Counted from the stretch's first letter, positions 18,082 through 27,534 are shown. The stretch is DNA of 64,000 nt from Frankia alni (GCA_026225295.1 JAMFSN010000116.1:32938-96937); one strand, 5' to 3'. Numbers and translations are program-made. Notes: a model not told the origin generated them from the letters alone.

Positions 18082-19458
18082 ATGTCCGACACCCCGCCGC
18101 CGCCTACCCCGCTGCCCGGTACGCCGCCGTCGCCCGAGTCCCGGCGCACCTACCGGTACGCGGCGACCTGTGCGTGGTCGGGCTCGACCGGATCGGGCTA
18201 CGACCACTACCGCCGTGATCACGACGGTCGCTGCCCGCCCGCCCCGGCCACCGTCGGGCTGTCCGGTGACCCGGCCTTCGGTGGTGACCGGACCCGTCTG
18301 AATCCCGAGCAACTGCTGGTCCTGTCGGCCGCGTCCTGCCAGCTGCTGTCGTTTCTGGCCCTGGCCGCGCGGGGCCGGTTGGACGTCCGGGCCTACACCG
18401 ACGACGCCGAGGCGGTGATGGTGGAGGACGGGAGGGGCGGCGGCCGGTTCGCCGCGATCACGCTACGGCCCCGGATCACCGTCGTCACCGGGCCCGGTGA
18501 CGCGGCCCCCGCGACCGAGCACCGGGTCCGCCGGCTGGTGCGGCTGGCCCACGAGCAGTGCTACATCGCGAGCAGCCTGCGCTGTCCGGTCACGGTCGAA
18601 CCCCGGCTGACCATGGTCGGCGCGTACGCCTTCTCCGACGGTCGGACGGCCGTCCGACGCCTCGCGCTGCTGGCCGCCGTCTTCGATCCGCTGTCCCGGT
18701 CGTTCGTCGCCCGCCACGCACCGGCCGGCCTCCGGCTGGCCGTGGACCTGGGCTGTGGACCCGGGTACTCCACCGCCATGCTGGCCGAGGCGGCGCGACC
18801 GGGCCGGGTGGTCGGTCTGGACGCCTCGCCGGCCTTCCTCGAGGTCGCCCGGGAATCCGAGCCGGCCGGCGTCCAACCGACCGGCCCCGGCCCAGCGGTC
18901 GAGTTCGCGGAGCACGACCTGCGCCGGGTCCCGTTCCCGGCGCTGGCCGGTCAGCCCGATCTGGCCTACGCCCGGTTCCTGCTGGCCCACCTGACCGATC
19001 TACCCGGCACCATCGCCGCCTGGTGCGGGCAGCTGGCCCCCGGTGGGCGGCTGCTGATCGAGGAGACCGAGGCGATCGAGACCGACTCCCCACCGCTGCG
19101 CGCCTATCTCGACCACGCCGAACGTCTGCTGGCCGGGCGGGCCACCGCGCTGTACGCGGGACCGGTCCTCGATCAGCTGCTCGCCCAGGGGTCTGCGCCG
19201 GGTGAGGTGGTCTCCAACGCGACCGCCCGCCTGCCGGTCCCGGCGCCCCGGGCCGCGGCGATGTTCGCGCTGAATCTCTCGGTATGGCGGTCGGATCCGC
19301 TGCTCGTCGACGAGCAGGAAGCCTTGGACGGGGTGGCCGCCGACCTGGAGCGGCTGAGCGCCGGTGCGTCGGGCGCGGCCACGATCACCTGGACCATGCG
19401 GCAGGTCGTCCTGACCCGTGGGTGGGTGGGTGAAACCGGCGGGGGGCGGCCGGTCTGA
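18082..19458 (+). CDS. OsmC/Ohr-family domain fused to a class I SAM-dependent methyltransferase
   Basis: N-terminal half: NPEQLLVLSAASCQLLSF and HEQCYIASS (the two OsmC Cys). C-terminal half: VDLGCGPGYST, VVGLDASP, GGRLLIEE (methyltransferase motifs I, II and post-I). Confidence 0.75.
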   Translation: MSDTPPPPTPLPGTPPSPESRRTYRYAATCAWSGSTGSGYDHYRRDHDGRCPPAPATVGLSGDPAFGGDRTRLNPEQLLVLSAASCQLLSFLALAARGRLDVRAYTDDAEAVMVEDGRGGGRFAAITLRPRITVVTGPGDAAPATEHRVRRLVRLAHEQCYIASSLRCPVTVEPRLTMVGAYAFSDGRTAVRRLALLAAVFDPLSRSFVARHAPAGLRLAVDLGCGPGYSTAMLAEAARPGRVVGLDASPAFLEVARESEPAGVQPTGPGPAVEFAEHDLRRVPFPALAGQPDLAYARFLLAHLTDLPGTIAAWCGQLAPGGRLLIEETEAIETDSPPLRAYLDHAERLLAGRATALYAGPVLDQLLAQGSAPGEVVSNATARLPVPAPRAAAMFALNLSVWRSDPLLVDEQEALDGVAADLERLSAGASGAATITWTMRQVVLTRGWVGETGGGRPV

Positions 19459-19472
19459 CCTACCGTGGCCGC

Positions 19473-20363
19473 GTGATTGAGCGCTCACGGGGCCGGGTGG
19501 CCGGCCTCCTCCCGGCCGCCGCCCTGGCCGTGCTGGCCGTGGTCGTCACGGCGTGCGGCACCTCCGGCCCGGTCACCTCCGGTCCGGTCACCTCCGGCCC
19601 GGCGCCGGCGTCCGGTTCGACGCCGAGCCGGTCGGCCACTGCGCAGCCGTCGACCGACCCCGGGACGCCGTGGCGACCGACGCCCGGCGAGGACTGGCAG
19701 TGGCAGTTGTCGGGGTCGGTCGACCTGTCGGTGGCCGCGCCCGTCTACGACATCGACGGGCAGGAGAACTCGGCCACCACGGTGGCCCGGCTCCACCAGC
19801 TGGGTCGCCACGCCATCTGCTACGTGTCGGTGGGCTCCTGGGAGAAGTCGCGGCCGGATGCCGGCGCCTTCCCCAGGGCCGTGATCGGCAAGACCCTCGA
19901 CGGCTGGCCGGACGAGTCCTGGTTCGACATCCGTCAGATCGATCAACTGTCCGGGCCGCTCGGTCGCCGCTTCGACGACTGCCGGGCCAAGGGTTTCGAC
20001 GCGGTCGAGCCGGACAACGTCGACGGCTACCAGAACTCCACCGGCTTCCCGCTGACCGCGGCCGATCAGCTCCGGTTCAACCGGTGGGTGGCGGGCGCCG
20101 TCCATGCCCGGGGGATGGGCGTCGCGCTGAAGAACGACACCGACCAGGTCGGCGCGCTGGTCGGCTCGTTCGATTTCGCGGTGGTCGAGGAATGCCTGGA
20201 GTACGACGAGTGCGCCGCCGATCAGCCGTTCCTGACGGCCGGCAAGGCCGTCCTGCATACCGAGTACACCGACAGCTGGCCGGACGGCAGGGCGTGCTCG
20301 TATCCAGGGTTCTCCTCCATCCGGAAACGGCGCGCCCTCGACGCCTGGCGCGGAGCGTGCTGA
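19473..20363 (+). CDS. endo-alpha-1,4-polygalactosaminidase (GH114) lipoprotein
   Basis: Signal with VVTACG lipobox. WQWQL, YDIDG, AICYVSVGSWE, GFDAVEPDNVDGY, VALKND, FAVVEEC are GH114 hallmarks. Confidence 0.85.
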   Translation: MIERSRGRVAGLLPAAALAVLAVVVTACGTSGPVTSGPVTSGPAPASGSTPSRSATAQPSTDPGTPWRPTPGEDWQWQLSGSVDLSVAAPVYDIDGQENSATTVARLHQLGRHAICYVSVGSWEKSRPDAGAFPRAVIGKTLDGWPDESWFDIRQIDQLSGPLGRRFDDCRAKGFDAVEPDNVDGYQNSTGFPLTAADQLRFNRWVAGAVHARGMGVALKNDTDQVGALVGSFDFAVVEECLEYDECAADQPFLTAGKAVLHTEYTDSWPDGRACSYPGFSSIRKRRALDAWRGAC

Positions 20364-20370
20364 CCGCCGC

Positions 20371-22887
20371 TCAGCAGACGGCGCGGTAGGGCAACGTCGG
20401 GACGTAGCGGTCCCATTCGGTGCGGGTGATGCGACGGTCGGGCGCCCGGCACGCCTCGCCGGCCAATCGGACCGGATCGAGGTCCCAGACCCGCAGCGAA
20501 CCGTCGTCGTAGCCGCTCAGCAGCCGGCCCGGGGCGCCGGCCAGGCTGAGGTCCTGGGTCCAGTTGAGGTGGTTGATCGCCGGGACGATCTGGTCCGGTA
20601 TCGCCAGGGTCGTGGTCCGCCGGGGTCGGGTGGGGTCGGTGACGTCCCAGCCGTGGATCGAGGTGTCGTCGCCGGCGGTGTAGACGGTCCGGCCGTCGGC
20701 GGTGAACGCGACGCCGTAGACGTTGTGCCGGTCGGCGGCGATGATGCCGATCTGTCGGGCCCGGGCCGGAGCCGTGACGTCCCAGAACCGGACGGTGCCG
20801 TCGTAGCCGGCGGTGGCGAGGACCCGGCCGTCCGGTCGGAACGCCACCGACCAGACAAAGTCGGTGTGGCCGGTCAGGACCGACACCAGCACCGCTCGGC
20901 GCGGGTCGCTGACGTTCCACAGTTCGACGGTCGAGTCCTTGCTCGTGGCGGCCAGGGTCCGGCCGTCCGGGCTGAACGCGACATCCATGACCTCGTCGGT
21001 GTGGCCGATCAGGGTGGCGACCAGTGCCGGGTGGGTCGGATCGGCGATGTCCCACAGCTTGGTGACGTCGTCCGCGCCGCCCGACGCCAGCAGCCGGCCG
21101 TCGGGACTGAACACGAGCCGCCGGACGCCCCCCCGGTGGGCACTGAACTCCTTGGCCAGGGTCGGGTGGGTGGGCGTGGCGACGTCCCAGATCCGGATCG
21201 TGCCGTCGGTGTTCCCGCTGGCCAGCAGCCGGCCGTCGGGGCTGAAGGCGAGACCGGCGAACCATCCGCCCCGGGCCCCGGTCAGCGTGGCCAACGGGGT
21301 CGGGCCGGCGGCGGCCGCCACGTTCCAGAGCCGGACCGTGCCGTCGGAGCTGCCGCTCGCCCCGAGCCGCCCGTCCACGGTGCCCGCCACGGCCAGGACC
21401 GACGACGAGTGCCCGACCACCGCCCGGCTGAACGGGGCCGCGAACGACGTGAGCAGACCCGGGGCGGTGGCCGGGCCCGGCGCGATCCGGTAGGCGGCCA
21501 GGTTGAGGCGGGCGGCGAGGCCGGGGTCGTTGGCCCCGAGTGACCCCGCGGCCGCGTCGACCTGCGCGGCGACCCGGGCGGCGGTCGCCCCGTCGGTCGG
21601 GGTCCCGCCACCCCGGAGCGCGACCAGCGGCACGGTGACGCCGATCAGGACCGCCGCGATCACCCCACCGGCGATCAGGATCCCGCCCCGCCGTCCGCCC
21701 GGTGGGCGCCGTCGGGGTCGGGTCGGACCGTCGGTCGGTGCCGCCGGCGGCTCGGCCGGAGGCGGCACCGAGCCGGCCGCCGGGCGGTCCGCCGTCGAAC
21801 CACCGGGCGGGAGCATGGTGATCAGGTCGGGCCCGGCCCCGGCCGCCGGTGCGGCGTTCAGCCGTGGGGCGGGCGACAACTCCCGCCGGACCCGGGACGG
21901 CGGTGGAGTGGGGGCCGGCCGCGATCCGGGCGGCGGAGTCACCGGGGACGGCCCCGGCGTGCGACCTGGTACCGGGGTCGGGGCCGGTGGGGGAGTCGGG
22001 GCCGGTGGGGTCGGCAGCGGGTCGAGCACGCCGGGCCGGGCGGCCGACTGGCTGACCTGGGTGACCTCGGGGTCGTGCGACTCGGTACCCAGGCTCACCA
22101 ACATGATGAGCAGTTCGTCCGCGGTCGGCCGGTCGGCCGGATCCTTGCTCATGGCCTGCCGGACCAGCGGCAGGAGGGGGCCGTCGAGGCCCTGCAGGGA
22201 CGGCTCGTGGTGGACGACCCGGTAGAGCAACGCGTGCGAGGTGCCGTCCCCGAACGGCAGCCGGCCGGTGCCGGCGAAGGCAACCAGGCCGCCCCAGGCG
22301 AAGATGTCGGCCGCCTCGGTGACCAGCGTGCCGTCGGCCTGCTCGGGGGACATGAAGGCCGGCGTACCCGGGCTGCGCAAACTCAGGTTGATGGTCGTCG
22401 TGACCTCGGCCGCGCGGGCGATACCGAAGTCGATGACCCGCGGTCCGAGGTCCGACAGCAGCACATTGGACGGCTTGAGGTCGCGGTGGATCAGCCCGGC
22501 GCGGTGGATGGCGGCCAACGCGGCCGCGACGCTGACCGCCACCCGCTCGAGGTCCCCGGGCGGTAAGGGACCGCCGTCGGTGACCGCCTGGCTCAGCGTC
22601 GGCCCGGCGATGTACTCGGTGACCAGGTAGGGCGGGTCGCCGTCGCCGACCTCGATGACCTCGGCGGTGCAGAACCGCGCCACCCGCCGGGCCAGGGTGG
22701 CCTCCCGCCGGAACTGCGATCGGAACTCGGGCAGCTGCGCGTACTCGGGCCGGATGGCCTTGACGGCGACCCGGCGGCCGCCGCCTCCTCGTCCGAGGTA
22801 CACGGTGCCCATGCCGCCGCTGCCCAGCCGGCCGAGTAGCTCGTAGGAGCCGAGCCAGGTCGGATCGCCGGGGGCGAGCGGCATCAT
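20371..22887 (-). CDS. Ser/Thr protein kinase with Pro-rich linker, TM segment and C-terminal WD40 beta-propeller
   Basis: GSGGMGTVY, VAVK, HRDLKPSNVLL, DFGIA, SPEQ. Then PTPPAPTPPP linker, TM ILIAGGVIAAVLIGVTVPLV, and at least 7 repeats of the type SPDGRLLASG..DGT.R.WDV. The ORF is open up to 23109. Confidence 0.9.
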   Translation of the reverse strand: MMPLAPGDPTWLGSYELLGRLGSGGMGTVYLGRGGGGRRVAVKAIRPEYAQLPEFRSQFRREATLARRVARFCTAEVIEVGDGDPPYLVTEYIAGPTLSQAVTDGGPLPPGDLERVAVSVAAALAAIHRAGLIHRDLKPSNVLLSDLGPRVIDFGIARAAEVTTTINLSLRSPGTPAFMSPEQADGTLVTEAADIFAWGGLVAFAGTGRLPFGDGTSHALLYRVVHHEPSLQGLDGPLLPLVRQAMSKDPADRPTADELLIMLVSLGTESHDPEVTQVSQSAARPGVLDPLPTPPAPTPPPAPTPVPGRTPGPSPVTPPPGSRPAPTPPPSRVRRELSPAPRLNAAPAAGAGPDLITMLPPGGSTADRPAAGSVPPPAEPPAAPTDGPTRPRRRPPGGRRGGILIAGGVIAAVLIGVTVPLVALRGGGTPTDGATAARVAAQVDAAAGSLGANDPGLAARLNLAAYRIAPGPATAPGLLTSFAAPFSRAVVGHSSSVLAVAGTVDGRLGASGSSDGTVRLWNVAAAAGPTPLATLTGARGGWFAGLAFSPDGRLLASGNTDGTIRIWDVATPTHPTLAKEFSAHRGGVRRLVFSPDGRLLASGGADDVTKLWDIADPTHPALVATLIGHTDEVMDVAFSPDGRTLAATSKDSTVELWNVSDPRRAVLVSVLTGHTDFVWSVAFRPDGRVLATAGYDGTVRFWDVTAPARARQIGIIAADRHNVYGVAFTADGRTVYTAGDDTSIHGWDVTDPTRPRRTTTLAIPDQIVPAINHLNWTQDLSLAGAPGRLLSGYDDGSLRVWDLDPVRLAGEACRAPDRRITRTEWDRYVPTLPYRAVC

Positions 22888-23483
22888 CGGCCGGGCCGTG
22901 GCCGCGCGACCCCCGCCGGCCTGCTCCGGACCTTCGTGCACGACTCCCCGTCCCCGGGAACGGCCGCCGGACCCGCGGTCTCGGCGACCGGTCCCCTCCG
23001 GCTGCTGTTGCCCGGACCCAACGATAGCGACGGTGCGGAAAGGGTCGGACCGGGACGTCGGATCCGCCACCGCCGCGGCCGGCTGTGGCCGGCCACCGCC
23101 GCCGGGCATTCCCGGTGGGAATGCATCCGGGTCGGACAGCGGGGGGCAGGGTAGGGCCGGTTCTCAGCGGAACGCCCGGTGCTTTGGGCAGATGCGCCGG
23201 GTGAGGTGCCCGAGGGTGCCTGGCCGGTTGACACCCTGTTGGAGATCACGATATTGAGAAATGCCCCGGAGTTGCGTAGGAGAGGCGAAATAGAACCATC
23301 GGGTAATTCCCGACCAGGGTTTTACGGTCGCCTCTTCGGTGCCATCGAACCATTCGACCTCACCGACCCGGGCCGGGTCGGTTCGCGTCAATTGAAGCGC
23401 ACCCGGCCGTGGCCCGGAATCGTCATTGCATCGGTCCGGTCCGGCCGCCGCGTCCCATTCCCCGGGATGACTCTGGAGTCGCC

Positions 23484-23960
23484 ATGTCCAAGAAGCCTGC
23501 CACCAAAGCGGAAACCGCTGCCGGTCTCACCCGCCGGAGCCTGGTCGCAGGGGCGGCGGTGGTCGGTGCCGCCGCGACCGGCGGGATCGGTTCGGCGGGG
23601 GAGTGACTGCCCTGCGCCTGGCCAACGCCGGAGTGTCGCAGCTGTTCCTCGGTGTCGCCCCGAAGGCCGGGCTGACGACCTTCCGCGTTCCGCTGCCGGT
23701 CGACTGGAATTTCGCCCGGGGGGAAGTGAACGGTACGTACACGCCCACCTCTACCACCGAGGACATCGACTTCGGGGTCAACAACGACGGCAAGCACTCG
23801 ATCGACGTCACCTACCTGAAGGCCGCTGAGGCGACCGGGCGGGTAAACCCCGCACGTCGTCCTCCCCGACGCGGTGGGCACCCAGTGGGGCGACAACGGT
23901 GACCGGATCTGGAAATGGATCGGGATGAACGGCGATGCCGCACGCGGGTTCACCAGAACT
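23484..23960 (+). pseudogene. decayed TAT-exported cholesterol-oxidase-like (GMC family) gene
   Basis: MSKKPATKAETAAGLTRRSLVAGAAVVGAAA (twin-arginine signal) ends in a stop. The next frame gives VTALRLANAGV, then KAGLTTFRVPLPVDW...GVNNDGKHSIDVTYLKAAEATGRV (compare Streptomyces ChoA ...[24 protein letters not shown]). A third frame gives GTQWGDNGD. About 170 aa are missing internally and most of the C-terminus is gone. Confidence 0.6.
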
Positions 23961-24234
23961 GACAAACGGCATCAAGATGATGACGGTCATCGCCCGGGAG
24001 GGCCGATCCCAGCCCGAGGCAGTAGCTCGCGTCGCCCGAGACAACCAGGTATTCGCGAACCGCCCACACCCGGCCGGTATCGCGGCGCGCGCAGTCGAGC
24101 TGGGCGCCGGGCCGGTCCGCCACGGTCGTTTCGTTGAGGTGGAACTCGCCGAAACCCGCGTCGGTCAGCGAAACCGTGCGGCCCGGCTGGGGAGGGCCGA
24201 AGGAGGTTGGGCGGTGGAGCAACGCCACGGTCAT
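23950..24234 (-). CDS. hypothetical 94-aa ORF directly downstream of the type III PKS (possible gene remnant)
   Basis: The first ~75 codons have the high GC3 typical of coding sequence here, then codon usage decays. No family recognised and no clear RBS. Confidence 0.25.
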   Translation of the reverse strand: MTVALLHRPTSFGPPQPGRTVSLTDAGFGEFHLNETTVADRPGAQLDCARRDTGRVWAVREYLVVSGDASYCLGLGSALPGDDRHHLDAVCQFW

Positions 24235-24292
24235 GGCGCCGGAACGGCCCGGCGACTGTCAAGGCCGGGCGTCCCCCGACCCGGAAGGTCGG

Positions 24293-25381
24293 TCAGAACC
24301 GCAGCAGGGCGGCTTCGGTGGTCAGCCCCGGGCCGAACGCGATCATCACCGCGTGTTCGCCGGGCCGGGGCCGGGACCGGGTGACGAGCCGTTCGAGGAC
24401 GAGCAGCACGGTGGCTGACGAGCAGTTGCCGTAGTCGCGCAGGATCTCCCGGGCCGGGCGCAGCTGGTCGTCGGACAGGCCGAGCGCGGCGCCGACCTGG
24501 TCGACGATGCGGGGGCCGCCGGGGTGGACGGCCCAGTGCGGGACGTCGGCAACCGTCAGACCGGCGTCGGCCAGCAGCTTCTCGACGAAGGGCGGGGTCG
24601 TCCCGGCCAGCAGGGCCGGGATCTTCGGCGACAGGCTCAGGTGCAGGCCCGCGCCGCGGAACCGGATGGCCATGTGGTCAGTGGTGCCGGGAGTGATCTC
24701 GCTCCGGGTGGCCACCACGGTGGCCCCGAGCGGCGTCGCCGCTGACGTCGCCCCGGCCGGAGTGGCCGGGCTGTCGAGGGTCGCGGCCGTGCCGACCAGG
24801 ACGGTGGCGCTGGCGTCACCGAACAGCCCGTGCACGACCGCCTGCTCGATGGTCGCGTCCGGTCGGTGGTGCAGCGACGTCAGCTCGGTGCAGGTGAGCA
24901 GGACGAGTTCGTCGGGGCGGGCGGCCAGGGCGTCGAGAGCCGCGCGGAGCGCGACCAACGCGGCGAAGCACCCCATGTGCCCGATGAAGATCCGCCGCAC
25001 GTCCGGGCGCAGGCTGAGTTCCTGGGCCAGCTGGGTCTCGGGTCCGGGACAGGTGTACCCGGTCGTGCTGGCCATGATGACGGTCCCGACGCGGGCCGGG
25101 TCAACCTCGCCGAGCGCGGCCGGAATGGTGCGTCGACCCAGGTCGAGGGCCTCCCGTTCCCAGGCGTCCATCCGGTCCCCCAGGGCCGGGAAGCCGTTCC
25201 GGTAGGCCAGGCGGGGATCCCAGGTGAAATGACGGCGCTCCACCCGGCTCGCGTCCACGAACAGCCGGCGCGCGTCCGGCAGGCCGGAATAGATGTGGCT
25301 GAAGAAGTCGTCCCACACCTCGTTCTGCGGTATGACCGTGGCCGGCGCCGCGGAACTGACCGTGAACAGCACCGGTTGCAT
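24293..25381 (-). CDS. type III polyketide synthase (chalcone/stilbene synthase family)
   Basis: 362 aa from MQPVLFT. Catalytic triad contexts GHMGCFAAL (Cys), WAVHPGGPRI (His), YGNCSSATV (Asn). C-terminal AFGPGLT. Confidence 0.9.
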   Translation of the reverse strand: MQPVLFTVSSAAPATVIPQNEVWDDFFSHIYSGLPDARRLFVDASRVERRHFTWDPRLAYRNGFPALGDRMDAWEREALDLGRRTIPAALGEVDPARVGTVIMASTTGYTCPGPETQLAQELSLRPDVRRIFIGHMGCFAALVALRAALDALAARPDELVLLTCTELTSLHHRPDATIEQAVVHGLFGDASATVLVGTAATLDSPATPAGATSAATPLGATVVATRSEITPGTTDHMAIRFRGAGLHLSLSPKIPALLAGTTPPFVEKLLADAGLTVADVPHWAVHPGGPRIVDQVGAALGLSDDQLRPAREILRDYGNCSSATVLLVLERLVTRSRPRPGEHAVMIAFGPGLTTEAALLRF

Positions 25382-25681
25382 GTTGGGCCCCGCCCTCGCC
25401 GCCGTGACGTCAGCACGAGACGACGGCGTCCCCCGTTCGGAGCCCGCCACCAGAAGCTCCGGGACGTGACAATAAGGCGCCCAGTGCCGCCGACAGGCCG
25501 CTGACGTCGGAATTTAACCTGGCCGTACCGCCCGTGTCCCGCCGGCGACCGTTTCGAGTCCACCGGCGCCGGCGTGGACCACTCGTCGCGACCAGCATTC
25601 TTTTGCTGATACCAGGCGGCGGTCGCCCCACGCTCGGGACGACCGCCGCCGGGCCGATCAGTGCGTCAACCGATCAGCGCC

Positions 25682-26005
25682 TCAACCGGTCGGAACGTCG
25701 GCGCTCGTTACGGCCCGGGGTTCGGCCAGGGGCCAACCGCCGGCCGCGAGCCGGGCACTGACCCGGGCGAGGTCGGCGTCCAGCGGAGTCTCGTGGGTGA
25801 CGGCCGAGATCGCGGCCCGCAGGGCCCGGGCCGACACGGGGTCGCCGCTGGCGGCCAGCAGATCGGTCACCTCGGCGACCTCCGGGTCGGTGAGCCTGCG
25901 GTGCAGCAGGGCGAGCAACGGCAGGTAGTCGTGCTCCGGTACCCCTTCGGGATAGCCGGCCCGCAACCACTGGACGATCGAGGTCAACACGGGAGGCAGT
26001 GCCAT
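25682..26005 (-). CDS. DUF3349 domain-containing protein
   Basis: MALPPVLTSIVQWLRAGYPEGVPEHDYLPLLALL is the typical DUF3349 N-terminus. Same position relative to pitA as Rv0543c in M. tuberculosis (from memory). Confidence 0.85.
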   Translation of the reverse strand: MALPPVLTSIVQWLRAGYPEGVPEHDYLPLLALLHRRLTDPEVAEVTDLLAASGDPVSARALRAAISAVTHETPLDADLARVSARLAAGGWPLAEPRAVTSADVPTG

Positions 26006-26083
26006 GGCTTCAGTGCCCTTCCACGACGGCGGCGACGGGCGACGCCGTCCCACCAGTATTCCCGGCATGGGCGGTCCGGACCG

Positions 26084-26344
26084 TCACGTTCCGGCCACGA
26101 TGAAGTAAATGCCCCAGCCGACCGCGGCGAGGACGATCGCGAAGCAGAGGCCGGCGGCGGCGATGCCGACCGGGTTGCCCCCGAACACCTGGTCGCTGTC
26201 GACTCCGGCCGGCTGCGGTGACCGGCCGCCGGGCAGGCTCAGCGCGCGCAGTCCGACCGCGAACAGGGCCGGCAGCCCGGCACCACAGATGAGCCCGATG
26301 ACAACAATCTTCCATAGGGCGTACAGATCGATCCAGGAATTCAC
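26084..26344 (-). CDS. small two-TM membrane protein (Rv0544c-like position)
   Basis: GTG at 26344 is preceded by aaggag with 7-nt spacing. VNSWIDLYALWKIVVIGLICGAGLPALF and a second TM IAAAGLCFAIVLAAVGWGIYFIV. Confidence 0.65.
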   Translation of the reverse strand: MNSWIDLYALWKIVVIGLICGAGLPALFAVGLRALSLPGGRSPQPAGVDSDQVFGGNPVGIAAAGLCFAIVLAAVGWGIYFIVAGT

Positions 26345-26382
26345 GACCGCGCTCCTTCTTGAGGTGTCCGGTGGGACGCGGA

Positions 26383-27534
26383 TCAGGCCGCGACGGGAAC
26401 TTCGTCCTGGGACGGGGTTCCGGCCGAGCCCGTCCATTCGTCGTTGACGTTGTCCTGGCTGACCGGCGACTTACGGGACCGCAGGTAGAGCGCGGTGGCC
26501 ATGGCCACCAGGATCACAAACACCACGACGACGCCGGCCGTGCCGCCGATCCCCGCCGCGACCCCGTAGCAACCCGCGCCGACCAGGCCGGCCGACGGCA
26601 GGGTGAACAGCCAGGCCGTGGCCATCCGGGCCGCGACATTCCAGCGGACCTCGGCGCCGCGCTTACCCAACCCGGTGCCCAGGATGGAACCGGTCGCCAC
26701 GTGCGTCGTCGACAGCGAGTAACCGAAGTGACTGGAGAGCAGGATTGTGGCCGCCGAAGCGGACTCGGCCGCCATTCCCTGCGGGGCCTCGATTTCGACC
26801 AGGCCCTTGCCGAGGGTCCGGATCACCCGCCAGCCGCCCAGATACGTTCCCAGACTGATGGCCATCGCGCAGGTCAGGATCACCCAGAACGGCGCCTTGG
26901 AGCCGGCCGGCACCGAGCCGTTGGCAATCAGCGCCAGGGTGATGATGCCCATGGTCTTCTGCGCGTCGTTGGTGCCGTGGGCCAGTGACACCATGGACGC
27001 GGAACCGATCTGCCCGATCCGGAATCCGTGGCTCCGGGCTTTGTCCGGCACATTGCGCGAGATGCGGTAGATCAGATAGGTCCCGGTCGTGGCGATCAGC
27101 CCGGCAATGATGGGCGACAGCCCGGCCGGGATGATCACCTTGGAGAAAAGCCCATGCCATTTCACGCCGTGGCTGCCGGCGGCGGCCAGGGTCGAGCCGA
27201 CCACCCCACCGATCAACGCGTGGGACGAACTCGAGGGAATTCCCAGGTACCAGGTGGCCAGATTCCACGTGATCCCGCCGACCAGACCGGCGAAGACCAC
27301 GGTCAACGTGACCAGATGGGTGTTCACCAGACCGCTGGCGATGGTGGCGGCCACGCTCAGCGACAGGAACGCGCCAACCAGGTTCAACACCCCGGACAAT
27401 GCGACGGCAACTTTCGGTCGTAGGGCACCGGTCGCGATCGATGTCGCCATCGCGTTCGCGGTGTCGTGAAATCCATTAGTGAAGTCGAAGGCAAGCGCGG
27501 TCACAACCACCAGAACCAACACACCATTACTCAC
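26383..27534 (-). CDS. pitA: inorganic phosphate transporter, PiT family
   Basis: VVVTALAFDFTNGFHDTANAMATSIATGAL and the second-half repeat HGTNDAQKTMGII. GTG start at 27534 chosen by comparison with mycobacterial PitA N-termini. Confidence 0.9.
   Translation of the reverse strand: MSNGVLVLVVVTALAFDFTNGFHDTANAMATSIATGALRPKVAVALSGVLNLVGAFLSLSVAATIASGLVNTHLVTLTVVFAGLVGGITWNLATWYLGIPSSSSHALIGGVVGSTLAAAGSHGVKWHGLFSKVIIPAGLSPIIAGLIATTGTYLIYRISRNVPDKARSHGFRIGQIGSASMVSLAHGTNDAQKTMGIITLALIANGSVPAGSKAPFWVILTCAMAISLGTYLGGWRVIRTLGKGLVEIEAPQGMAAESASAATILLSSHFGYSLSTTHVATGSILGTGLGKRGAEVRWNVAARMATAWLFTLPSAGLVGAGCYGVAAGIGGTAGVVVVFVILVAMATALYLRSRKSPVSQDNVNDEWTGSAGTPSQDEVPVAA

Noticed and set aside
23164-23391. 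75-aa minus-strand ORF with a TTG start.
   Set aside because: It has mixed to low GC3, no RBS and no recognisable family. It lies in the low-GC non-coding patch.
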